DNA of 64,000 bases from Dehalococcoidia bacterium (GTDB lineage: Bacteria; Chloroflexota; Dehalococcoidia; Lucifugimonadales; UBA3495): the NCBI GenBank assembly GCA_965263395.1, contig OZ253670.1, positions 1,387,958 through 1,451,957 of the forward strand, read 5' to 3'. The translations under genes were made by a program, and so were the position numbers. The notes under the pieces were generated by a model. It worked only from the letters and a program-made list of their open reading frames with translations, did no database searches and had not been told where the DNA came from. Positions 62,837 to 64,000 of this stretch are shown in pieces. Every line of letters begins with the position of its first letter. The stretch's first letter is position 1.

Positions 62837-62963
62837 GGCGGTGGTAGCCGGCGCCGTAACGGTTCCCTCCGCGCTGTACTGAATCCTGTCAGTCCGGTAC
62901 GGTTCCTGTACGGCGTCAATTTCCGTGTCATTCCCGCAGGTTTTTCGCAGAGGTTTGTTCACT

Positions 62964-64000
62964 ATGGCCTTCCCGTGGCAACGCCGGGATAATCCCCCGG
63001 AAGAGACGCTCGACCCGCGTCGGCGTTCTCGCCGACGGCAGCGGGGTTCCCAGCGCGCGTCCGTGGAAGAGGCCCGCCGGCAGACCGCCCGGGCCCAGGA
63101 AGAACGCCGCCGCCAGCGTCTCGCTATCACCGTCGGCGTCATGCTCATTCTGGTTATCATCGGCATCGTGGGCGTGGGCTATTACCGGGAGTTCTACGAA
63201 CCTCCCCGGGTTATGGCCGGCGAAATTCGCGGCGTCCGGTTCACCATGGGCAACCTGGTAGACCGGATACGGGTGCTCCAGGGAATCAACCGCTACCAGG
63301 GCGGTTTCGTGGACCTGAGCGTGGTCCCCTTCGAGTATCTCCAGGATCTGCTCCATGCCGAGATTCTCCGGCAGGCCGCCCCCGGCTTGGGCATTACCAT
63401 AACCGATGAGAACATTGACGAGGCGCTGAAGGACCAGTTTTATCCCACTCCTCCCGACGGCCAGACAGTCGGCACGGAGCAGTTGGACCGGGAGTTCGAC
63501 AACAATTACACTTCCCTCCTGACCCAGGTGCGGCTCACCGAAGACGAGTACCGCGACTTGGTGTCGGAGCAACTGCTTCGCCGCAACCTGACCCTGATGT
63601 TCGCATCCACCGTCCCGGAAACGGCCGAGCAGGTGGATGTGGGGTGGATTCGGATAGGTCTCCAGGACAACACGGTGGACCCCCGGGAAGTCCGGGAGCG
63701 GTTGGACGAGGAAGAGTTTGCCAACGTCGCCGCCGAGGTTGGTCAGTCCGCCGGGTTTGCCGGCTTCGACGGCTACGTCGGCTGGATACCCGAGGGGGCA
63801 TTTCCCGACCTGGACCCGGTGATTTATGGAGACCCGGAAAACGAGGAGGAAGCCTTGGCGGTGGGCGGCATCAGCGAGCCGGTGTTCCTTCAGGAAGGCG
63901 TTTACATCATACACAAAATTTCCGGCCCGGAAGAGCGGGAACTGGAACCCATTATGCAAGTAAAGGTGGCCAACGAGTTGGTGGAAAAGTGGCGCAACGA
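62964..64000 (+). CDS. SurA-N/PpiC-type peptidyl-prolyl isomerase-like membrane-anchored chaperone (3' end outside window)
   Basis: Not in the ORF track because it has no stop within the window. The ATG 62964 frame reads MAFPWQRRDNPPEE...TM helix LAITVGVMLILVIIGIVGVGYY...HAEILRQAAPGLGITITDENIDEAL...VGGISEPVFLQEGVYIIHKISG. The 343-aa minus-strand track ORF is its antisense shadow. Confidence 0.7.
   Translation, partial: MAFPWQRRDNPPEETLDPRRRSRRRQRGSQRASVEEARRQTARAQEERRRQRLAITVGVMLILVIIGIVGVGYYREFYEPPRVMAGEIRGVRFTMGNLVDRIRVLQGINRYQGGFVDLSVVPFEYLQDLLHAEILRQAAPGLGITITDENIDEALKDQFYPTPPDGQTVGTEQLDREFDNNYTSLLTQVRLTEDEYRDLVSEQLLRRNLTLMFASTVPETAEQVDVGWIRIGLQDNTVDPREVRERLDEEEFANVAAEVGQSAGFAGFDGYVGWIPEGAFPDLDPVIYGDPENEEEALAVGGISEPVFLQEGVYIIHKISGPEERELEPIMQVKVANELVEKWRN

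Noticed and set aside
62928-63959. 343-aa minus-strand ORF at the window end.
   Set aside because: The plus strand carries an open frame from ATG 62964 with a TM anchor and SurA/PpiC-like sequence. It is absent from the track only because it has no stop within the window. The minus-strand ORF is its antisense shadow.
1-64000. Prophage, integrative element, integrase, or tRNA/rRNA genes that could explain the low-GC islets.
   Set aside because: I recognised no integrase/recombinase, phage structural gene, tRNA cloverleaf or rRNA-like sequence anywhere in the window. The islets appear as isolated 1-2.5-kb inserts.

Overview
This is a GC-rich bacterial chromosomal segment, roughly 60-65% G+C by eye (not computed). 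Gene content and repeat style look most like a Chloroflexota-type genome, but that is inference only.

Backbone:
- Housekeeping genes: aroK/aroB, thrC, tgt, glyA, rpsF-ssb-rpsR, a cyclophilin and a SurA-like PPIase.
- A long run of oxidoreductase/hydrolase paralogues and MFS transporters at 16.8-33.3 kb.

Mobile and repeated DNA:
- Two diverged, inverted copies of an IS4-family element (3213-4546 and 14868-16197), each with its own 11-bp target duplication.
- One IS630-family element (about 12305-13512).
- At least three families of palindromic REP/MITE-like repeats.

Small, visibly AT-richer islets carrying conflict-type genes:
- A DUF3800 protein (4.7-5.8 kb).
- A SAMHD1-like HD phosphohydrolase plus a Panacea/YwgA-like partner (8.6-10.5 kb).
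- A class-II Fic protein wedged between aroK and aroB, with a duplicated aroB 5' end (34.0-35.9 kb).
- A single-polypeptide type IIG/IIL restriction-modification enzyme next to one decayed and one intact DUF433/DUF5615 pair (47.3-52.8 kb).
- A 2.3-kb AT-rich insert between a TauE gene and tgt, encoding a Toprim-fusion protein and a zinc-ribbon membrane protein (55.7-58.0 kb).

A SelW/Rdx-like gene with an in-frame UGA (CxxU) at 40441 is missed by the ORF track. I recognised no rRNA, tRNA or CRISPR array by eye. Most long ORFs antisense to the genes listed are GC-driven shadow frames.
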